DNA of 64,000 bases from an uncultured Actinomycetota bacterium. GTDB taxonomy: Bacteria > Actinomycetota > Actinomycetes > JAHEKZ01. Location: positions 704,001 to 768,000 of the forward strand of contig CAWHIJ010000003.1 of assembly GCA_963829525.1 (NCBI GenBank), read 5' to 3'. The notes below the pieces were generated by a model. The model did no database searches, had not been told where the DNA came from, and worked only from the letters and a program-made list of their open reading frames with translations. Position numbers and translations under genes: made by a program. The stretch's first letter is position 1, and every line of letters starts with the position of its first letter. This document shows positions 17,829 to 31,723 of this stretch, piece after piece.

Positions 17829-20800
17829 TTGGCCCCCTCGCGAAACGCCAGTAGCTCTGTCAACACCCCAGCGCCCGTGACGCCCCGGCTGAGTTTCGCC
17901 AAGATCTCGGAGTCATTGCCGGTCCCTGATCTGCTCGACCTTCAGGTCAAGAGCTTCGACTGGTTGCTCGGCAACGACGTCTGGAGGGCGAGGGTCGAGG
18001 AGGCAGCCGCATCCTCGAAGCCAATCCCCGACAAGTCGGGGCTCGAGGAGATCTTCGAGGAGATCAGCCCGATCGAGGACTTCCAGGGCACGATGTCGCT
18101 CAGCTTCCGCGATCACCGGTTCGAGCCGCCGAAGAACTCCGTGGACGAGTGCAAGGATCGGGACTTCACCTACTCGGCGCCGCTGTTCGTCACCGCTGAG
18201 TTCATGAACAACGAGACCGGCGAGATCAAGTCCCAGACGGTATTCATGGGCGACTTCCCGTTGATGACCAACAAGGGCACGTTCGTCATCAACGGCACCG
18301 AGCGTGTCGTGGTATCGCAGTTGGTTCGTTCCCCCGGCGTCTACTTCGAGCGCTCGGTCGACAAGGCGTCCGACAAAGACATCTACACCGCCAAGATCAT
18401 CCCCTCACGGGGTGCCTGGCTTGAGTTCGAGATCGACAAGAAAGACATCGTCTCAGTTCGCGTGGACCGTAAGCGCAAGCAGAACGTGACCGTCCTGCTC
18501 AAGGCCCTCGGCTGGGATGACGCCAAGATCCGTGAAGAGCTCGGCGCCTACGAGTCCATCAATCTGACGCTCGACAAGGACAACACCACCACCCAGGACG
18601 AAGCCCTGCTCGACATCTACCGCAAGCTGCGGCCAGGCGAGCCGCCGACCCGTGAGGCTGCCCAGACTCTGCTCGACAACCTCTACTTCAACGGCAAGCG
18701 CTACGACCTGGCGAAGGTCGGCCGCTACAAGGTCAACAAGAAGCTTGGCCTTGAGCGCCCGCTCTCCGACACCGTCTTGACCGTTGACGACATCGTCGCC
18801 GCGATCAAGTACATCGTCGCTCTTCACGCCGGCGAGACCGAGGCGCCCAGCACCAAGGGCACCATCCGCGTCGAGACCGACGACATCGACCACTTCGGTA
18901 ACCGACGGCTCCGTACGGTAGGCGAGCTCATCCAGAACCAGGTCCGTACTGGCCTGGCTCGCATGGAGCGCGTCGTTCGTGAGCGCATGACCACCCAAGA
19001 CGTCGAGGCGATCACGCCGCAGACTCTGATCAACATCCGGCCCGTTGTTGCCTCCATCAAGGAGTTCTTCGGCACCAGCCAGCTTTCGCAGTTCATGGAC
19101 CAGACAAACCCGCTGGCCGGGCTGACCCACAAGCGGCGCCTGTCGGCACTCGGCCCCGGTGGCCTCTCGCGTGAGCGCGCAGGCTTCGAGGTCCGCGATG
19201 TCCATCCCTCGCACTACGGACGCATGTGCCCCATCGAGACGCCAGAAGGCCCCAACATCGGGCTGATCGGGTCGCTGTCGACCTACGGTCGGGTGAATCC
19301 GTTCGGCTTTATCGAGACGCCGTATCGCAGGGTTACCAAGGGCAAGGTCACCGACCAGATCGACTACCTGACCGCTGACGAGGAAGACCTCCACGTCATC
19401 GCCCAGGCGAACGCCGTCCTTGGCCCGGACAACAAGTTCACCGAAGAGCGCGTGCTCGTGCGCACCAAGGCTGGCGAAGTCGACTACGTCCACGGGTCTG
19501 ACGTCGACTTCATGGACGTTTCGCCCAGGCAGATCTGGTCGGTCGCCACTGCGCTGATCCCGTTCCTCGAGCATGACGACGCCAACCGTGCGCTGATGGG
19601 TTCGAACATGCAGCGCCAGGCTGTTCCGCTGCTCCGCCCGGAGTCACCGCTGGTGGGTACCGGTATGGAGCACCGCGCCGCCGTTGACGCTGGCGACGTG
19701 GTCACGGCCGAGGTCGCCGGCGTCGTGCAGGAGGTCGCTGCCGACCACATCACGATCGAGCAGGACGACGGCGTCCACCGCACCTACCGGATCGCGAAGT
19801 TCATGCGTTCCAACCAAGGCACGTCCTACAACCAGAAGCCGCTGGTTGACGAAGGTGCACGGGTCGAGGCCGGACAGGTCATTGCCGACGGCCCGAGTAC
19901 GCAGAAGGGCGAGCTCGGACTCGGCAAGAACCTGCTGGTTGCGTTCATGTCGTGGGAGGGACACAACTACGAGGACGCGATCATCCTCTCGGAGCGCTTG
20001 GTCAAGGACGACGTTCTTTCCTCGATCCACATCGAGGAGCACGAGGTCGACGCTCGCGACACCAAACTCGGCCCTGAAGAGATCACCCGGGACATACCGA
20101 ACGTCTCCGAAGAGGTACTGGCCGACCTCGACGAGCGGGGCATTATCCGTATCGGCGCCGAGGTTCGGCCGGGCGACATTCTCGTCGGCAAGGTTACGCC
20201 GAAGGGCGAGACCGAACTGACACCTGAAGAGCGCCTCCTCCGCGCGATCTTCGGTGAGAAGGCTCGCGAAGTTCGGGACACCTCGCTCAAGGTGCCGCAC
20301 GGTGAGTCCGGCATCATCATCGGCGTTCGCGTCTTTGAGCGGGAGAACGGCGACGAGCTTCCCCCAGGCGTCAACGAGCTGGTTCGCGTCTACGTGGCAC
20401 AGAAGCGCAAGATCACCGAGGGCGACAAGCTCGCCGGACGTCACGGCAACAAGGGCGTCATCTCCAAGATCCTGCCGGAAGAGGACATGCCTTTCCTCGA
20501 GGACGGCACCCCGGTCGACATTGTGCTCAACCCACTCGGTGTCCCTGGACGCATGAACGTGGGTCAGGTTCTCGAGACGCACCTCGGGTGGGTCGCCAAG
20601 ACCGGATGGTCGATCGAGGGCACTCCGCCCTGGGCCGCCCGACTGTCGGAAGAGGCGCAGTCGGCCGAACCGGGCACCAAGGTTGCCACCCCGGTCTTCG
20701 ACGGAGCTCGAGAAGAGGAGATCACCGGCCTGCTTGGCTCGACCCACCCGAACCGTGACGGCGTACAGCTGATCGGATCATCGGGGAAGGCCACGTTGTT

Positions 20801-21299
20801 CGACGGCCGGACCGGCGAGCTGCTGCCCCAGGCAGTCTCGGTCGGCTACATCTACATCCTCAAGCTGCTCCACCTGGTGGATGACAAGATCCACGCCCGG
20901 AGCACCGGTCCGTACTCGATGATCACCCAGCAGCCGCTTGGCGGTAAGGCGCAGTTCGGCGGTCAGCGATTTGGTGAGATGGAGGTTTGGGCGCTCGAGG
21001 CGTACGGCGCTGCGTACGCACTCCAAGAGCTCCTCACCATCAAGTCCGACGACGTTCTCGGTCGCGTGAAGGTTTACGAGGCCATCGTCAAGGGCGAGAA
21101 CATCCCAGAGCCAGGCATCCCTGAGTCTTTCAAGGTGCTCATCAAGGAGATGCAGTCGCTTTGTCTCAACGTCGAGGTGCTGTCCAGCGACGGTATGTCG
21201 ATCGAGATGCGCGACACCGATGATGAGGTCTTCCGCGCCGCGGAAGAGCTCGGTATCGACCTGTCCCGGCGTGAGCCGAGCAGTGTCGAAGAGGTCTGA
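17829..21299 (+). CDS. rpoB: RNA polymerase beta subunit
   Basis: [50 protein letters not shown]; probable TTG start after GGAAGGA. Confidence 0.99.
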   Translation: MAPSRNASSSVNTPAPVTPRLSFAKISESLPVPDLLDLQVKSFDWLLGNDVWRARVEEAAASSKPIPDKSGLEEIFEEISPIEDFQGTMSLSFRDHRFEPPKNSVDECKDRDFTYSAPLFVTAEFMNNETGEIKSQTVFMGDFPLMTNKGTFVINGTERVVVSQLVRSPGVYFERSVDKASDKDIYTAKIIPSRGAWLEFEIDKKDIVSVRVDRKRKQNVTVLLKALGWDDAKIREELGAYESINLTLDKDNTTTQDEALLDIYRKLRPGEPPTREAAQTLLDNLYFNGKRYDLAKVGRYKVNKKLGLERPLSDTVLTVDDIVAAIKYIVALHAGETEAPSTKGTIRVETDDIDHFGNRRLRTVGELIQNQVRTGLARMERVVRERMTTQDVEAITPQTLINIRPVVASIKEFFGTSQLSQFMDQTNPLAGLTHKRRLSALGPGGLSRERAGFEVRDVHPSHYGRMCPIETPEGPNIGLIGSLSTYGRVNPFGFIETPYRRVTKGKVTDQIDYLTADEEDLHVIAQANAVLGPDNKFTEERVLVRTKAGEVDYVHGSDVDFMDVSPRQIWSVATALIPFLEHDDANRALMGSNMQRQAVPLLRPESPLVGTGMEHRAAVDAGDVVTAEVAGVVQEVAADHITIEQDDGVHRTYRIAKFMRSNQGTSYNQKPLVDEGARVEAGQVIADGPSTQKGELGLGKNLLVAFMSWEGHNYEDAIILSERLVKDDVLSSIHIEEHEVDARDTKLGPEEITRDIPNVSEEVLADLDERGIIRIGAEVRPGDILVGKVTPKGETELTPEERLLRAIFGEKAREVRDTSLKVPHGESGIIIGVRVFERENGDELPPGVNELVRVYVAQKRKITEGDKLAGRHGNKGVISKILPEEDMPFLEDGTPVDIVLNPLGVPGRMNVGQVLETHLGWVAKTGWSIEGTPPWAARLSEEAQSAEPGTKVATPVFDGAREEEITGLLGSTHPNRDGVQLIGSSGKATLFDGRTGELLPQAVSVGYIYILKLLHLVDDKIHARSTGPYSMITQQPLGGKAQFGGQRFGEMEVWALEAYGAAYALQELLTIKSDDVLGRVKVYEAIVKGENIPEPGIPESFKVLIKEMQSLCLNVEVLSSDGMSIEMRDTDDEVFRAAEELGIDLSRREPSSVEEV

Positions 21300-21381
21300 G
21301 GTTTCGCCGGAGCACGCACTTTGCTCCGGCCGGCCTCAGGCGGACCTGACGACGACTAGATCCAAGAAGGACTGGTAAACC

Positions 21382-24300
21382 GTGCTCGACGTCAACTACT
21401 TCGACGAACTGCGAATTGGTCTTGCAACTGCTGACGACATCCGTCAGTGGTCGCACGGTGAGGTGAAGAAGCCGGAGACCATCAACTACCGCACTCTCAA
21501 GCCGGAGAAGGACGGTCTCTTCTGCGAGAAGATCTTCGGGCCGACTCGCGACTGGGAGTGCTACTGCGGCAAGTACAAGCGCGTTCGCTTCAAGGGCATC
21601 ATCTGCGAGCGCTGCGGCGTCGAGGTCACCCGTGCCAAGGTGCGCCGTGAGCGGATGGGCCACATCGAGCTCGCCGCACCCGTTACGCACATCTGGTACT
21701 TCAAGGGCGTGCCGAGCCGGTTGGGATACCTGCTCGACCTTGCACCGAAGGATCTTGAGAAGGTCATCTACTTCGCGGCGTACATGATTACGTGGGTCGA
21801 CGAAGACTCTCGTCACCGCGATCTGCCGTCGCTGGAGACAAAGATCGGCCTCGAGCGCGAAAAGCTCGAGAAGAAGCGGGACTCCGACGTGGAGGCTCGA
21901 CAGAAGAAGCTCGAGACAGACCTGGCTGCTCTTGAAGCAGAGGGCGCCAAGGCCGACCAGCGGCGCAAGGTCCGCGAGTCAGCGGAGCGCGAGATGAACC
22001 AGATTCGCAAGCGCGCCGACCTTCAAATTGACCGAATCACTGCCGTCTGGGACCGCTTCAAGGGTCTGAAGGTTCAAGATCTCGAAGGCGACGAGATGCT
22101 GTACCGCGAGATGCGGGACCGCTTCGGCATGTATTTCAAGGGTGGCATGGGCGCTGCGGCGATCAAGGCGCGTCTTGAATCCTTCGGCCTCGAAGCCGAA
22201 GCTGAGCGACTGCGCGAGATCATCGCGACCGGCAAGGGCCAGAAGAAGACCCGCGCGCTCAAGCGCCTCAGGGTTGTCTCCGCCTTCCTGTCGACGCGCA
22301 ACAGCCCCATGGGCATGGTGCTAGATGCTGTCCCGGTGATTCCGCCGGACCTTCGCCCCATGGTTCAGCTCGACGGTGGCCGATTCGCCACTTCCGATCT
22401 CAACGACCTCTATCGCCGCGTGATCAACCGGAACAACCGGTTGAAGCGCCTTCTCGACCTCGGCGCCCCCGAGATCATCGTCAACAACGAGAAGCGCATG
22501 CTGCAAGAGGCCGTCGACGCTCTGTTCGACAATGGCCGTCGAGGACGACCTGTCACCGGTCCTGGTAACCGCGCCCTGAAGTCGCTGTCGGACATGCTCA
22601 AGGGCAAGCAGGGACGATTCCGCCAGAACCTCCTCGGCAAGCGCGTTGACTACTCGGGCCGTTCGGTCATCGTTGTCGGTCCACAGCTGAAGCTTCACCA
22701 GTGTGGCCTGCCCAAGCAGATGGCACTCGAGCTCTTCAAGCCCTTCGTCATGAAGCGGCTGGTCGACCTGTCACACGCTCAGAACATCAAGAGTGCAAAG
22801 CGCATGGTCGAGCGTCAGCGCCCCGTGGTGTGGGATGTTCTCGAAGAGGTCATTGCCGAGCACCCGGTGCTGCTGAACCGGGCACCGACACTCCACCGCC
22901 TCGGGATCCAAGCGTTCGAGCCACAGCTGGTCGAGGGCAAGGCCATCCAGATTCACCCGCTGGTCTGCACTGCCTTCAACGCCGACTTCGATGGTGACCA
23001 GATGGCGGTTCACCTGCCGCTTTCAGCAGAGGCGCAGGCCGAGTCCCGGATCCTCATGCTGTCGAGCAACAACATCTTGTCGCCGGCAGACGGTCGTCCG
23101 ATTGCTTCGCCGACGCAGGACATGGTGCTTGGCATCTACTTCCTCACCACCGACAAGCCCAAGGGCAAAGGCGCCGGAGAGGCTTTCTCTTCGATTTCTG
23201 AGGGCGTCATGGCTTTCGATCGGGGTCTGCTCGACATTCAGGCGCCCATCAAGTTGCGGCTCCGCGGGGTTGTGCCCTCGAACGAGGTCCACGCGCCTGA
23301 AGGTTGGAGCGAGGGCGAACCCCTCACTGTCGAGACGACACTCGGTCGTGCGCTGTTCAACGAGGCGTTGCCGGTTGACTATCCCTATGTCGACGCGCGC
23401 GTCGACAAGAAGCGTCTGTCGTCGATCGTCAACGACCTGGCTGAGCGCTACCCGAGAGTGACTGTCGCAGCCGTTCTCGACGCGCTCAAGGCAACGGGTT
23501 TCCACTGGGCAACGCGGTCCGGCGTCACGATCTCGATCGACGATGTCGTCACTCCTCCGAACAAGTCCACGATCATGGAGACCTACGAGACCAAGGCCGA
23601 AAAGGTTCAGAGCCAGTACGAAAAGGGCCTGATCACCAACGATGAGCGCCGTCAGGAGCTCATCGAGATCTGGACCCAGGCAACGAACGAGGTCTCGCGT
23701 CAGATGGAGATCAACTTCGTCGCGTCAGAGGCGAACCCGATCTGGATGATGGTCAACTCCGGCGCCCGCGGAAACATGATGCAGGTCCGACAGATCGCCG
23801 GTATGCGTGGACTGGTCGCCAACCCAAAGGGTGAGATCATCCCGCGGCCCATCAAGTCCAACTTCCGTGAGGGCCTGTCGGTGCTCGAGTACTTCATCTC
23901 CACGCACGGCGCCCGCAAGGGTCTGGCTGACACCGCGCTACGTACCGCTGACTCCGGTTACCTGACGCGGCGTCTGGTCGACGTCTCCCAGGACGTGATT
24001 GTGCGTGAGGAAGACTGCGGGACCGACCGGGGTCTCGTGCTGCCGATCGCCACGCAGGCGGCCGACGGAACCTGGCAAAAAGTCGAGTCCGTCGAGAACA
24101 GCATCTACTCACGTGCGCTCGCTGAGGATGTCGCAGGGCACAAGGACGCGAAGGCGACCACCCTGCTCGGCGACGTGCTGATCGATGCACTTGTCGCAGC
24201 TGGCGTGCACGAGGTGAAGGTCCGTTCGGTTCTCACTTGTGAGAGCAAGAAGGGGATCTGCGCCTTCTGCTACGGCCGTTCCCTGGCCACCGGAAAGCTC

Positions 24301-25248
24301 GTCGACGTGGGCGAAGCAGTCGGCATCATCGCGGCCCAGTCCATCGGTGAGCCGGGTACTCAGCTGACCATGCGGACCTTCCACACAGGTGGCGTGGCCG
24401 GTGAGGACATCACTCACGGTCTGCCGCGTGTGGTCGAGCTCTTCGAGGCCCGAACTCCCAAGGGCAACGCGCCGATCGCTGAGGCAACGGGCCGGATCCG
24501 CATCGAGGACTCCGAGCGTGAGCGCAAGATCGTCCTCGTTCCCGACGATGGCACCGACGAGTTCCCCTACAAGGTCAGCAAGCGTTCGCGTCTGCTGGTG
24601 GGTGAGGGTGACCATGTCGAGGTGGGCCAGCAGCTCATCGTCGGTGCGGTTGACCCGAAGACCGTGCTGAGGATTCTCGGTCCCCGCAGGGTGCAGGAGT
24701 ACCTCACTGCGCAGGTGCAGGAGGTGTACCGCAGTCAGGGCGTGCAGATCCACGACAAGCACATCGAGGTCATTGTCCGGCAGATGCTGCGTCGGGTCAC
24801 GATCATCGAATCTGGCGACTCCGACATGCTGCCGGGCGAGCTGGTCGAGCGTGCTCGATTTGAGACCGACAACCGTCGGATCGTCTCGGAGGCCGGTTCG
24901 CCGGCGTCTGGACGTCCGGAGCTGATGGGTATCACCAAGGCGTCGCTGGCGACCGAGTCATGGTTGTCGGCGGCCTCCTTCCAGGAGACGACGCGAGTAC
25001 TCACGGATGCGGCCATCCACGCCAAGTCCGACTCGCTGCTCGGCCTGAAGGAGAACGTCATCATCGGAAAGCTCATCCCGGCTGGAACCGGTCTTGCCCG
25101 CTACAGCAACGTGCGGGTCGAGCCAACCGAGGAGGCCAAGGCGGCGATGTACTCGATGGTCGGCTACGACGACTACGCCTATGGATTCGGTGCCAACTCC
25201 GGCGAGGCCGTACCACTGGAGGACTACGACATGGGTTACCGCGGCTAG
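21382..25248 (+). CDS. rpoC: RNA polymerase beta' subunit
   Basis: NADFDGD, Zn-ribbon cysteines, SAASFQETT. Confidence 0.99.
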   Translation: MLDVNYFDELRIGLATADDIRQWSHGEVKKPETINYRTLKPEKDGLFCEKIFGPTRDWECYCGKYKRVRFKGIICERCGVEVTRAKVRRERMGHIELAAPVTHIWYFKGVPSRLGYLLDLAPKDLEKVIYFAAYMITWVDEDSRHRDLPSLETKIGLEREKLEKKRDSDVEARQKKLETDLAALEAEGAKADQRRKVRESAEREMNQIRKRADLQIDRITAVWDRFKGLKVQDLEGDEMLYREMRDRFGMYFKGGMGAAAIKARLESFGLEAEAERLREIIATGKGQKKTRALKRLRVVSAFLSTRNSPMGMVLDAVPVIPPDLRPMVQLDGGRFATSDLNDLYRRVINRNNRLKRLLDLGAPEIIVNNEKRMLQEAVDALFDNGRRGRPVTGPGNRALKSLSDMLKGKQGRFRQNLLGKRVDYSGRSVIVVGPQLKLHQCGLPKQMALELFKPFVMKRLVDLSHAQNIKSAKRMVERQRPVVWDVLEEVIAEHPVLLNRAPTLHRLGIQAFEPQLVEGKAIQIHPLVCTAFNADFDGDQMAVHLPLSAEAQAESRILMLSSNNILSPADGRPIASPTQDMVLGIYFLTTDKPKGKGAGEAFSSISEGVMAFDRGLLDIQAPIKLRLRGVVPSNEVHAPEGWSEGEPLTVETTLGRALFNEALPVDYPYVDARVDKKRLSSIVNDLAERYPRVTVAAVLDALKATGFHWATRSGVTISIDDVVTPPNKSTIMETYETKAEKVQSQYEKGLITNDERRQELIEIWTQATNEVSRQMEINFVASEANPIWMMVNSGARGNMMQVRQIAGMRGLVANPKGEIIPRPIKSNFREGLSVLEYFISTHGARKGLADTALRTADSGYLTRRLVDVSQDVIVREEDCGTDRGLVLPIATQAADGTWQKVESVENSIYSRALAEDVAGHKDAKATTLLGDVLIDALVAAGVHEVKVRSVLTCESKKGICAFCYGRSLATGKLVDVGEAVGIIAAQSIGEPGTQLTMRTFHTGGVAGEDITHGLPRVVELFEARTPKGNAPIAEATGRIRIEDSERERKIVLVPDDGTDEFPYKVSKRSRLLVGEGDHVEVGQQLIVGAVDPKTVLRILGPRRVQEYLTAQVQEVYRSQGVQIHDKHIEVIVRQMLRRVTIIESGDSDMLPGELVERARFETDNRRIVSEAGSPASGRPELMGITKASLATESWLSAASFQETTRVLTDAAIHAKSDSLLGLKENVIIGKLIPAGTGLARYSNVRVEPTEEAKAAMYSMVGYDDYAYGFGANSGEAVPLEDYDMGYRG

Positions 25249-25265
25249 CCGCGGACCCGCACGCC

Positions 25266-25301
25266 AAGGCCCGGCGCTCCTCCGTGGAGTAGCCGGGCCT
25301 T
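25266..25301 (+). terminator. Hairpin after rpoC
   Basis: AAGGCCCGGC..CTCC..GGAG..GCCGGGCCTT. Confidence 0.65.
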
Positions 25302-25404
25302 CGCGCGTGATTCCCATGAAGGCGAGCCGATGGTCCGGGGTCATCAGTTCGTCGAGGAATCTCCCGGTGCTCGCAATTTGGCCACCTTGGGCAAGAATGA
25401 GCTG

Positions 25405-25827
25405 GTGACCGATTCGCCTGACTCCTCACTGCCTGACCCGACGGCATCGTCACGTGCAGCGCCGCCGACATCCCCACCAGTCCCACCAGTTCCGCCGGCC
25501 GCCGATCTGCCACCGGCTCTCGCGTACCCAGCCCAGGGAGAGCCCCCGGCCGTCCAGCCGCTTCTGGTCCCTCGAACCGAGGGAAGTGCGGTTGCTGCCC
25601 TGGTCTGCGCGATCCTCGCGTGGTTCGTCGTGCCGATCGTGCTGGCCATCGTTGCCCTGGTTCTTGCCAGAAGCGCGGAAAAGGCGATCGATGCGCGACC
25701 GACCGAGCTCTCCGGCAGGGGCCTGGTGACCGGCGCGCGGTGGGTGGCCTGGGTGCACCTGGTGCTGGTTGCGATGGTCGTGGCCTTCTTGGCAGCGTTC
25801 GCGATCGCGGTCTGGGTCGGCCGCTGA
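25405..25827 (+). CDS. DUF4190-like membrane protein with Pro-rich N-terminus
   Basis: AVAALVCAIL..IVLAIVALVLAR..SGRGLVTGA pattern with two TM segments; start uncertain. Confidence 0.65.
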   Translation: MTDSPDSSLPDPTASSRAAPPTSPPVPPVPPAADLPPALAYPAQGEPPAVQPLLVPRTEGSAVAALVCAILAWFVVPIVLAIVALVLARSAEKAIDARPTELSGRGLVTGARWVAWVHLVLVAMVVAFLAAFAIAVWVGR

Positions 25828-26149
25828 CCGGCCAGCTGCATACTGTTCCCGGGTCGAGGAGGCCCCCGTTTTGACCGTTCGCGGGACCACTCGGTAGTCT
25901 CGTTCCCTGTGCCTGGGTCAGACCAGGCTGCCGTGCCTGCCCGCACGCCCCTCGTTCGTCCCGCACCATAGGTGTGGATCCAGCGGCGAGGATGCTCCAG
26001 GGCGCCGCATGGTCCCAAGTAACAGCCCTCATTCTGGGTGTTCGTGCTGTGCAGACAGCGCGACACACCCGGGCGCGGGGGTGGGAGGTTCCATCCGGGC
26101 CCCCCGCGAATGACTTCTGTACGCGACGACGAACGGGAAAGACGCACCG

Positions 26150-26524
26150 GTGCCTACGATCCAGCAGTTGGTCCGCAAGGGCCGTCAGGACAAGGTCGAC
26201 AAGAGCAAGACGCCCGCGCTCAAGGGAAGCCCGCAGCGCCGCGGCGTCTGCACGCGCGTGTACACGACCACGCCGAAGAAGCCGAACTCCGCGCTCCGCA
26301 AGGTTGCTCGTGTGCGACTGACCTCCGGTATCGAGGTCACTGCGTACATCCCCGGCGTCGGCCACAACCTGCAGGAGCACTCGATCGTGCTCGTGCGTGG
26401 TGGCCGTGTTAAGGACCTCCCCGGTGTCCGCTACAAGATCATCCGCGGCGCGCTCGATACCCAGGGCGTGAAGAACCGCAAGCAGGCTCGTAGCCGTTAT
26501 GGCGCGAAGAAGGAGAAGAGCTAA
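26150..26524 (+). CDS. rpsL: 30S ribosomal protein S12
   Basis: [20 protein letters not shown]. Confidence 0.99.
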   Translation: MPTIQQLVRKGRQDKVDKSKTPALKGSPQRRGVCTRVYTTTPKKPNSALRKVARVRLTSGIEVTAYIPGVGHNLQEHSIVLVRGGRVKDLPGVRYKIIRGALDTQGVKNRKQARSRYGAKKEKS

Positions 26525-26994
26525 TGCCCCGCAAGGGCCCGGCCCCCAAGCACCCGGTCGTCGCCGACCCGGTCTACAACAGCCCCGTCGTCACCTCGGT
26601 GATCAACAAGATCCTGGTGGACGGCAAGCGCTCGACGGCGCAGAAGATCGTCTACGGCGCCCTCGAGGGCTGCCGCGCCAAGACCGGCACCGACCCGGTT
26701 GTCACGCTCAAGCGCGCACTCGACAACGTCAAGCCCACCCTCGAGGTGCGCAGCCGTCGCGTCGGTGGTGCTACCTACCAGGTACCCGTTGAGGTAAAGC
26801 CTGGTCGTAGCCACACGCTCGCCATTCGCTGGCTGGTGATGTATGCCCGACAGCGGCGTGAGAAGACGATGACCGAGCGCCTCATGAACGAGCTTCTTGA
26901 TGCCTCCAACGGCCTCGGCGCATCAGTGAAGCGTCGCGAGGACACCCACAAAATGGCTGAGTCCAACAAGGCGTTCGCCCACTACCGCTGGTAG
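26524..26994 (+). CDS. rpsG: 30S ribosomal protein S7
   Basis: [20 protein letters not shown]. Confidence 0.99.
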   Translation: MPRKGPAPKHPVVADPVYNSPVVTSVINKILVDGKRSTAQKIVYGALEGCRAKTGTDPVVTLKRALDNVKPTLEVRSRRVGGATYQVPVEVKPGRSHTLAIRWLVMYARQRREKTMTERLMNELLDASNGLGASVKRREDTHKMAESNKAFAHYRW

Positions 26995-27064
26995 GCCTTG
27001 CCGCTCTCGCGCAGCCCATCCCGGCACCCGCCCCTGATCGCATCAACCGACGGAGACCCCGACC

Positions 27065-29167
27065 GTGTCCACCGACACCGCTGCCGACCTGGCCAAGGTC
27101 CGCAACATCGGCATCATGGCGCACATCGACGCCGGAAAGACCACGACGACCGAGCGGATCTTGTTCTACACCGGCATCAACTACAAGATCGGTGAGGTCC
27201 ACGAGGGTGCGGCGACGATGGACTGGATGCCTCAAGAGCAGGAGCGTGGCATCACGATCACCTCGGCCGCGACCACCTGCGAGTGGGACGGCCACCTCAT
27301 CAACATCATCGACACGCCCGGCCACGTCGACTTCACCGTGGAGGTCGAGCGATCGCTGCGGGTCCTCGACGGTGCCGTCGCAGTGTTCGATGGAGTGGCA
27401 GGCGTTGAGCCTCAGAGCGAGACCGTCTGGCGCCAGGCCGACCGCTACAGCGTTCCTCGTATCTGCTTCGTCAACAAGCTCGATCGCACCGGGGCGGAGT
27501 TCCACCGCTGCGTCGACATGATCGAGAACCGGCTCGCCGCCGTCCCGCTCGTTCTGCAGATTCCGATCGGGGCAGAGGCCGACTTCCGCGGCCTCGTCGA
27601 TCTGATCGCCATGAAGGCCCTCGTCTGGCCGCCGGAGGCCGAAAAGGGCGAGATGTACAACATCGAGGAAATCCCCTCGACCCACGCCGAGGCAGCCCGC
27701 GACTGGCGGGACCGGCTGATCGAGACCATCTCCGAGGCCGACGACGAGATGATGGAGCTCTACCTCGAGGGAACAGCACCCACCGAGGAGCAGCTCATCG
27801 CGGCAATTCGTCGTGCCACCCTCGCAGCCAAGCTCACCCCAGTTCTGGCCGGATCGGCGTTCAAGAACAAGGGCGTCCAGCCCATGCTCGACGCCGTTGT
27901 CCGCTATTTGCCGAGCCCGCTGGACGTCGACGCAATCACCGGTCACGACGTGAAGGACGAGAGCCTCGAGATCGAGCGTCAGCCGAACGAGAACGAGCCG
28001 TTCTCTGCTCTGGCCTTCAAGATCATGAGCGACCCGCACCTGGGCAAGCTCACCTACATCCGCCTCTACTCCGGCACCCTTGAGACCGGCACATCGGTGC
28101 TCAACTCGACGAAGGGGCGCAAAGAGCGGATCGGCAAGATCTTTCAGATGCATGCCAACAAGCGGGAAGAGAAGCCGAACGCGGTTGCCGGCATGATCGT
28201 GGCCGTCATGGGACTGAAGGACACCACCACGGGCGACACGCTCTGTGACAACGCCAAGCCGGTGATCCTTGAGTCGATGACCTTCCCGGCCCCGGTCATC
28301 TCCGTCGCCATTGAGCCGAAGTCGAAGGCTGACCAGGAGAGGCTGGGTACTGCCATTCAGCGGCTCGCCGAGGAGGACCCCACCTTCCAGGTGCGCTCCG
28401 ACGAGGAGACCGGCCAGACGATCATCGCCGGTATGGGCGAGCTGCACCTTGAGGTGCTCGTCGACCGCATGAAGCGTGAGTTCCGCGTCGAGGCCAACGT
28501 CGGACGCCCGCAGGTCGCCTACCGCGAGACCATCACCGCAGTCGTCGACCGCATCGACTACACACACAAGAAGCAGACCGGTGGCTCTGGCCAGTTCGCC
28601 AAGGTGCAGATCAGCATGGAGCCCCTCGGCGCCGGCGAAGAGGCTGGCTACGAGTTCGAGAACAAGATCTCCGGTGGCCGCATCCCTCGCGAATACATCC
28701 CGAGCGTTGACGCCGGAGCCCAGGAGGCCATGGAGTACGGCGTCCTTGCCGGTTATCCCATGGTCGGTGTCAAGGTGACCCTGAAGGACGGGGCCTACCA
28801 CGACGTCGACTCCTCAGAGCTCGCGTTCAAGATCGCCGGTTCGATGGCATTCAAGGAAGGCGCCAAGCGCGCCAAGCCGGTGCTTCTCGAACCGATGATG
28901 TCCGTCGAGGTGATCACCCCAGAAGACTTCATGGGTGACGTCATCGGCGACCTCAACTCCCGCCGCGGACACATTTTGTCGATGGACGAGCGCTCAGGTT
29001 CGCGCATCGTCACGGCAACTGTTCCACTGTCGGAGATGTTCGGATACGTCGGCGACCTGCGCAGCAAGACGCAGGGCCGCGCGTCGTACTCGATGCAGTT
29101 CGACTCCTACGCCCAGGTCCCGAACAATGTGGCGACGGAGATTATCGCGAAGGCGCGAGGCGAGTAG
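27065..29167 (+). CDS. fusA: Elongation factor G
   Basis: [30 protein letters not shown]. Confidence 0.99.
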   Translation: MSTDTAADLAKVRNIGIMAHIDAGKTTTTERILFYTGINYKIGEVHEGAATMDWMPQEQERGITITSAATTCEWDGHLINIIDTPGHVDFTVEVERSLRVLDGAVAVFDGVAGVEPQSETVWRQADRYSVPRICFVNKLDRTGAEFHRCVDMIENRLAAVPLVLQIPIGAEADFRGLVDLIAMKALVWPPEAEKGEMYNIEEIPSTHAEAARDWRDRLIETISEADDEMMELYLEGTAPTEEQLIAAIRRATLAAKLTPVLAGSAFKNKGVQPMLDAVVRYLPSPLDVDAITGHDVKDESLEIERQPNENEPFSALAFKIMSDPHLGKLTYIRLYSGTLETGTSVLNSTKGRKERIGKIFQMHANKREEKPNAVAGMIVAVMGLKDTTTGDTLCDNAKPVILESMTFPAPVISVAIEPKSKADQERLGTAIQRLAEEDPTFQVRSDEETGQTIIAGMGELHLEVLVDRMKREFRVEANVGRPQVAYRETITAVVDRIDYTHKKQTGGSGQFAKVQISMEPLGAGEEAGYEFENKISGGRIPREYIPSVDAGAQEAMEYGVLAGYPMVGVKVTLKDGAYHDVDSSELAFKIAGSMAFKEGAKRAKPVLLEPMMSVEVITPEDFMGDVIGDLNSRRGHILSMDERSGSRIVTATVPLSEMFGYVGDLRSKTQGRASYSMQFDSYAQVPNNVATEIIAKARGE

Positions 29168-29256
29168 CCCCGGGCGACGCACCACCACAACTTCACCAAG
29201 AAGATCCAAGATTACGTCGAACGACGTAAGGCAAATCAGTCCAGAGGAGGACTCCA

Positions 29257-30450
29257 GTGGCGAAGGCCAAGTTCGAGCGGACCAAACCGCACGTCAACAT
29301 CGGCACCATTGGCCACATCGACCACGGTAAGACGACTCTGACCGCGGCGATCACCAAGGTGCTGCACGACAAGTACCCAGACCTCAACGAGGCCTCGGCG
29401 TTCGACCAGATTGACAAGGCTCCTGAGGAGCGCGAGCGCGGTATCACGATCTCGATCGCGCACGTCGAGTATCAGACCGAGGCACGCCACTACGCACACG
29501 TCGACTGCCCAGGGCACGCCGACTACATCAAGAACATGATCACCGGTGCTGCGCAGATGGACGGTGCGATCTTGGTGGTTGCAGCGACCGACGGCCCCAT
29601 GCCGCAGACCAAGGAGCACGTCCTCCTGGCCCGCCAGGTGGGTGTGCCCTCGATCGTCGTTGCGCTCAACAAGGCCGACATGGTCGACGACGAGGAGATC
29701 CTCGAGCTCGTCGAGCTCGAGGTCCGCGAGCTGCTCAGCGAGTACGAGTACCCCGGCGATGACATTCCGATCGTTCGGCTCTCGGCGCTGAAGGCCCTCG
29801 AAGGTGACGCAGAGTGGGGGGAGAAGATCCTCGAGCTCATGAACGCAGTCGACACGGCGATCCCAACCCCCGAGCGCGAGACCGAGAAGCCCTTCCTCAT
29901 GCCCGTCGAGGATGTCTTCACGATCACCGGTCGTGGCACCGTCGTCACCGGCCGTATCGAGCGCGGAATCGTCAAGGTCAACGAAGACGTCGAGATCGTC
30001 GGCATCAAGCCGGAGAGCACCAAGACCACGGTCACCGGCATCGAGATGTTCCGCAAGCTCCTCGACGAGGGCCAGGCCGGTGAGAACGTCGGTCTGCTCA
30101 TTCGTGGCATCAAGCGCGAGGACGTCGAGCGTGGCCAGGTTGTGGTGAAGCCCGGAACGACCACCCCGCACACCAACTTCGAGGCAAACGTCTACATCCT
30201 CTCCAAGGATGAGGGCGGCCGGCACACACCGTTCTTCAACAACTACCGTCCGCAGTTCTACTTCCGCACCACGGACGTCACCGGTGTTGTGACTCTTCCT
30301 GAGGGCACCGAGATGGTCATGCCGGGCGACAACACCGAGATGTCGGTCGAGCTGATCCAGCCCATCGCCATGGACGAGGGTCTGCGGTTCGCCATTCGTG
30401 AGGGTGGCCGCACCGTTGGCGCTGGTCGCGTGACCAAGATCAACAAGTAA
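29257..30450 (+). CDS. tuf: Elongation factor Tu
   Basis: [21 protein letters not shown]. Confidence 0.99.
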   Translation: MAKAKFERTKPHVNIGTIGHIDHGKTTLTAAITKVLHDKYPDLNEASAFDQIDKAPEERERGITISIAHVEYQTEARHYAHVDCPGHADYIKNMITGAAQMDGAILVVAATDGPMPQTKEHVLLARQVGVPSIVVALNKADMVDDEEILELVELEVRELLSEYEYPGDDIPIVRLSALKALEGDAEWGEKILELMNAVDTAIPTPERETEKPFLMPVEDVFTITGRGTVVTGRIERGIVKVNEDVEIVGIKPESTKTTVTGIEMFRKLLDEGQAGENVGLLIRGIKREDVERGQVVVKPGTTTPHTNFEANVYILSKDEGGRHTPFFNNYRPQFYFRTTDVTGVVTLPEGTEMVMPGDNTEMSVELIQPIAMDEGLRFAIREGGRTVGAGRVTKINK

Positions 30451-30749
30451 GGCACGATTTCGGTAATCCGCCCCCCATGGGGCATACTGTCCAGGTTGCT
30501 TGGGCAGGGGCTCAGGTTCAAAGAGCGTTGGTCGCAAGACTGACCAGGACCTAACGTCCCTGCCCGGCGCCCGGCACCAGCCGGGCTTCGAACCCCGTCT
30601 CTTTGGCGCAATCGCTGGAGGACGTCTGTGTGCGCAAACGCGACACACCCGACCGCGGGGGTCGGAGCCACGAGGCTCGCAGCGAGGCTGCGGGGCTTAC
30701 CGGCTAGCCACTAACGGCACTTACGAAGAGAAGGATTTCGGGAAACGAC

Positions 30750-31058
30750 ATGGCGGGACAGAAGATCCGCATCCGGCTGAAGGCGTATGACCATGAGGTC
30801 ATCGACTCATCGGCCCGGAAGATCGTTGAGACGGCCACCCGCACGGGTGCGCAGGTCGCCGGCCCTGTGCCGTTGCCGACGGAGAAGAATGTCTTTGTCG
30901 TCATCCGGTCGCCGCACAAGTACAAGGACAGCCGCGAGCACTTCGAGATGCGTACGCACAAGAGGCTCATCGACATCATCGACCCGACCCCGAAGACCGT
31001 CGATTCGCTCATGCGACTCGACCTTCCGGCCGGCGTCGACATCGAGATCAAGCTCTAA
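30750..31058 (+). CDS. rpsJ: 30S ribosomal protein S10
   Basis: [26 protein letters not shown]. Confidence 0.99.
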   Translation: MAGQKIRIRLKAYDHEVIDSSARKIVETATRTGAQVAGPVPLPTEKNVFVVIRSPHKYKDSREHFEMRTHKRLIDIIDPTPKTVDSLMRLDLPAGVDIEIKL

Positions 31059-31072
31059 AGGGACGCGGGACA

Positions 31073-31723
31073 ATGGGTAAGAACGTGAAGGGAATCCTGG
31101 GCGAAAAGCTGGGGATGACTCAGGTGTGGGACGAGGACAACAAGATCGTTCCAGTGACCGTCGTCAAGGCTGGCCCCTGCGTCGTGACGCAGGTGCGCTC
31201 CGCCGATGGCGACGGGTACTCCGCTGTCCAGCTCGGCTTCGGTGCCATCGACCCGCGCAAGGTGAACAAGCCTGCTGCAGGGCACTACGCCAAGGCCGGT
31301 GTCACGCCGCGCCGTCATCTGGTCGAGCTTCGCACCGACGACGCGTCTGAGTACACGCTCGGTCAAGAGCTCGGCCCGGACGTGTTCGAGGCGGGCCAGA
31401 TGGTCGACGTCGCCGGCACGTCCAAGGGCAAGGGCTTTGCTGGAACGATGAAGCGTCACAACTTCAAGGGAGTCAGCGCCAGCCACGGCTCGCACCGCAA
31501 CCACCGCAAGCCCGGGTCGATCGGCGCCGGATCAACTCCAAGCCGCGTCTTCAAGGGCCTGAAGATGTCTGGCCGCATGGGTGGCGAGTCGGTAACCCTG
31601 CAGAACCTCACTGTGCACGCCGTCGACACCGAGAATGGCTTGCTCCTGATCAGGGGCGCGATCCCCGGTTCCGTCGGCAGCCTCGTCTTCGTCAAGAGCG
31701 CAGCGAAGGGAGCCACCAAGTGA
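31073..31723 (+). CDS. rplC: 50S ribosomal protein L3
   Basis: [22 protein letters not shown]. Confidence 0.98.
   Translation: MGKNVKGILGEKLGMTQVWDEDNKIVPVTVVKAGPCVVTQVRSADGDGYSAVQLGFGAIDPRKVNKPAAGHYAKAGVTPRRHLVELRTDDASEYTLGQELGPDVFEAGQMVDVAGTSKGKGFAGTMKRHNFKGVSASHGSHRNHRKPGSIGAGSTPSRVFKGLKMSGRMGGESVTLQNLTVHAVDTENGLLLIRGAIPGSVGSLVFVKSAAKGATK

Noticed and set aside
19060-19180. Rifampicin-resistance substitutions in the rpoB RRDR, and streptomycin resistance in rpsL
   Set aside because: Key residues are wild type ([15 protein letters not shown]; rpsL KKPNS and RVKDL)
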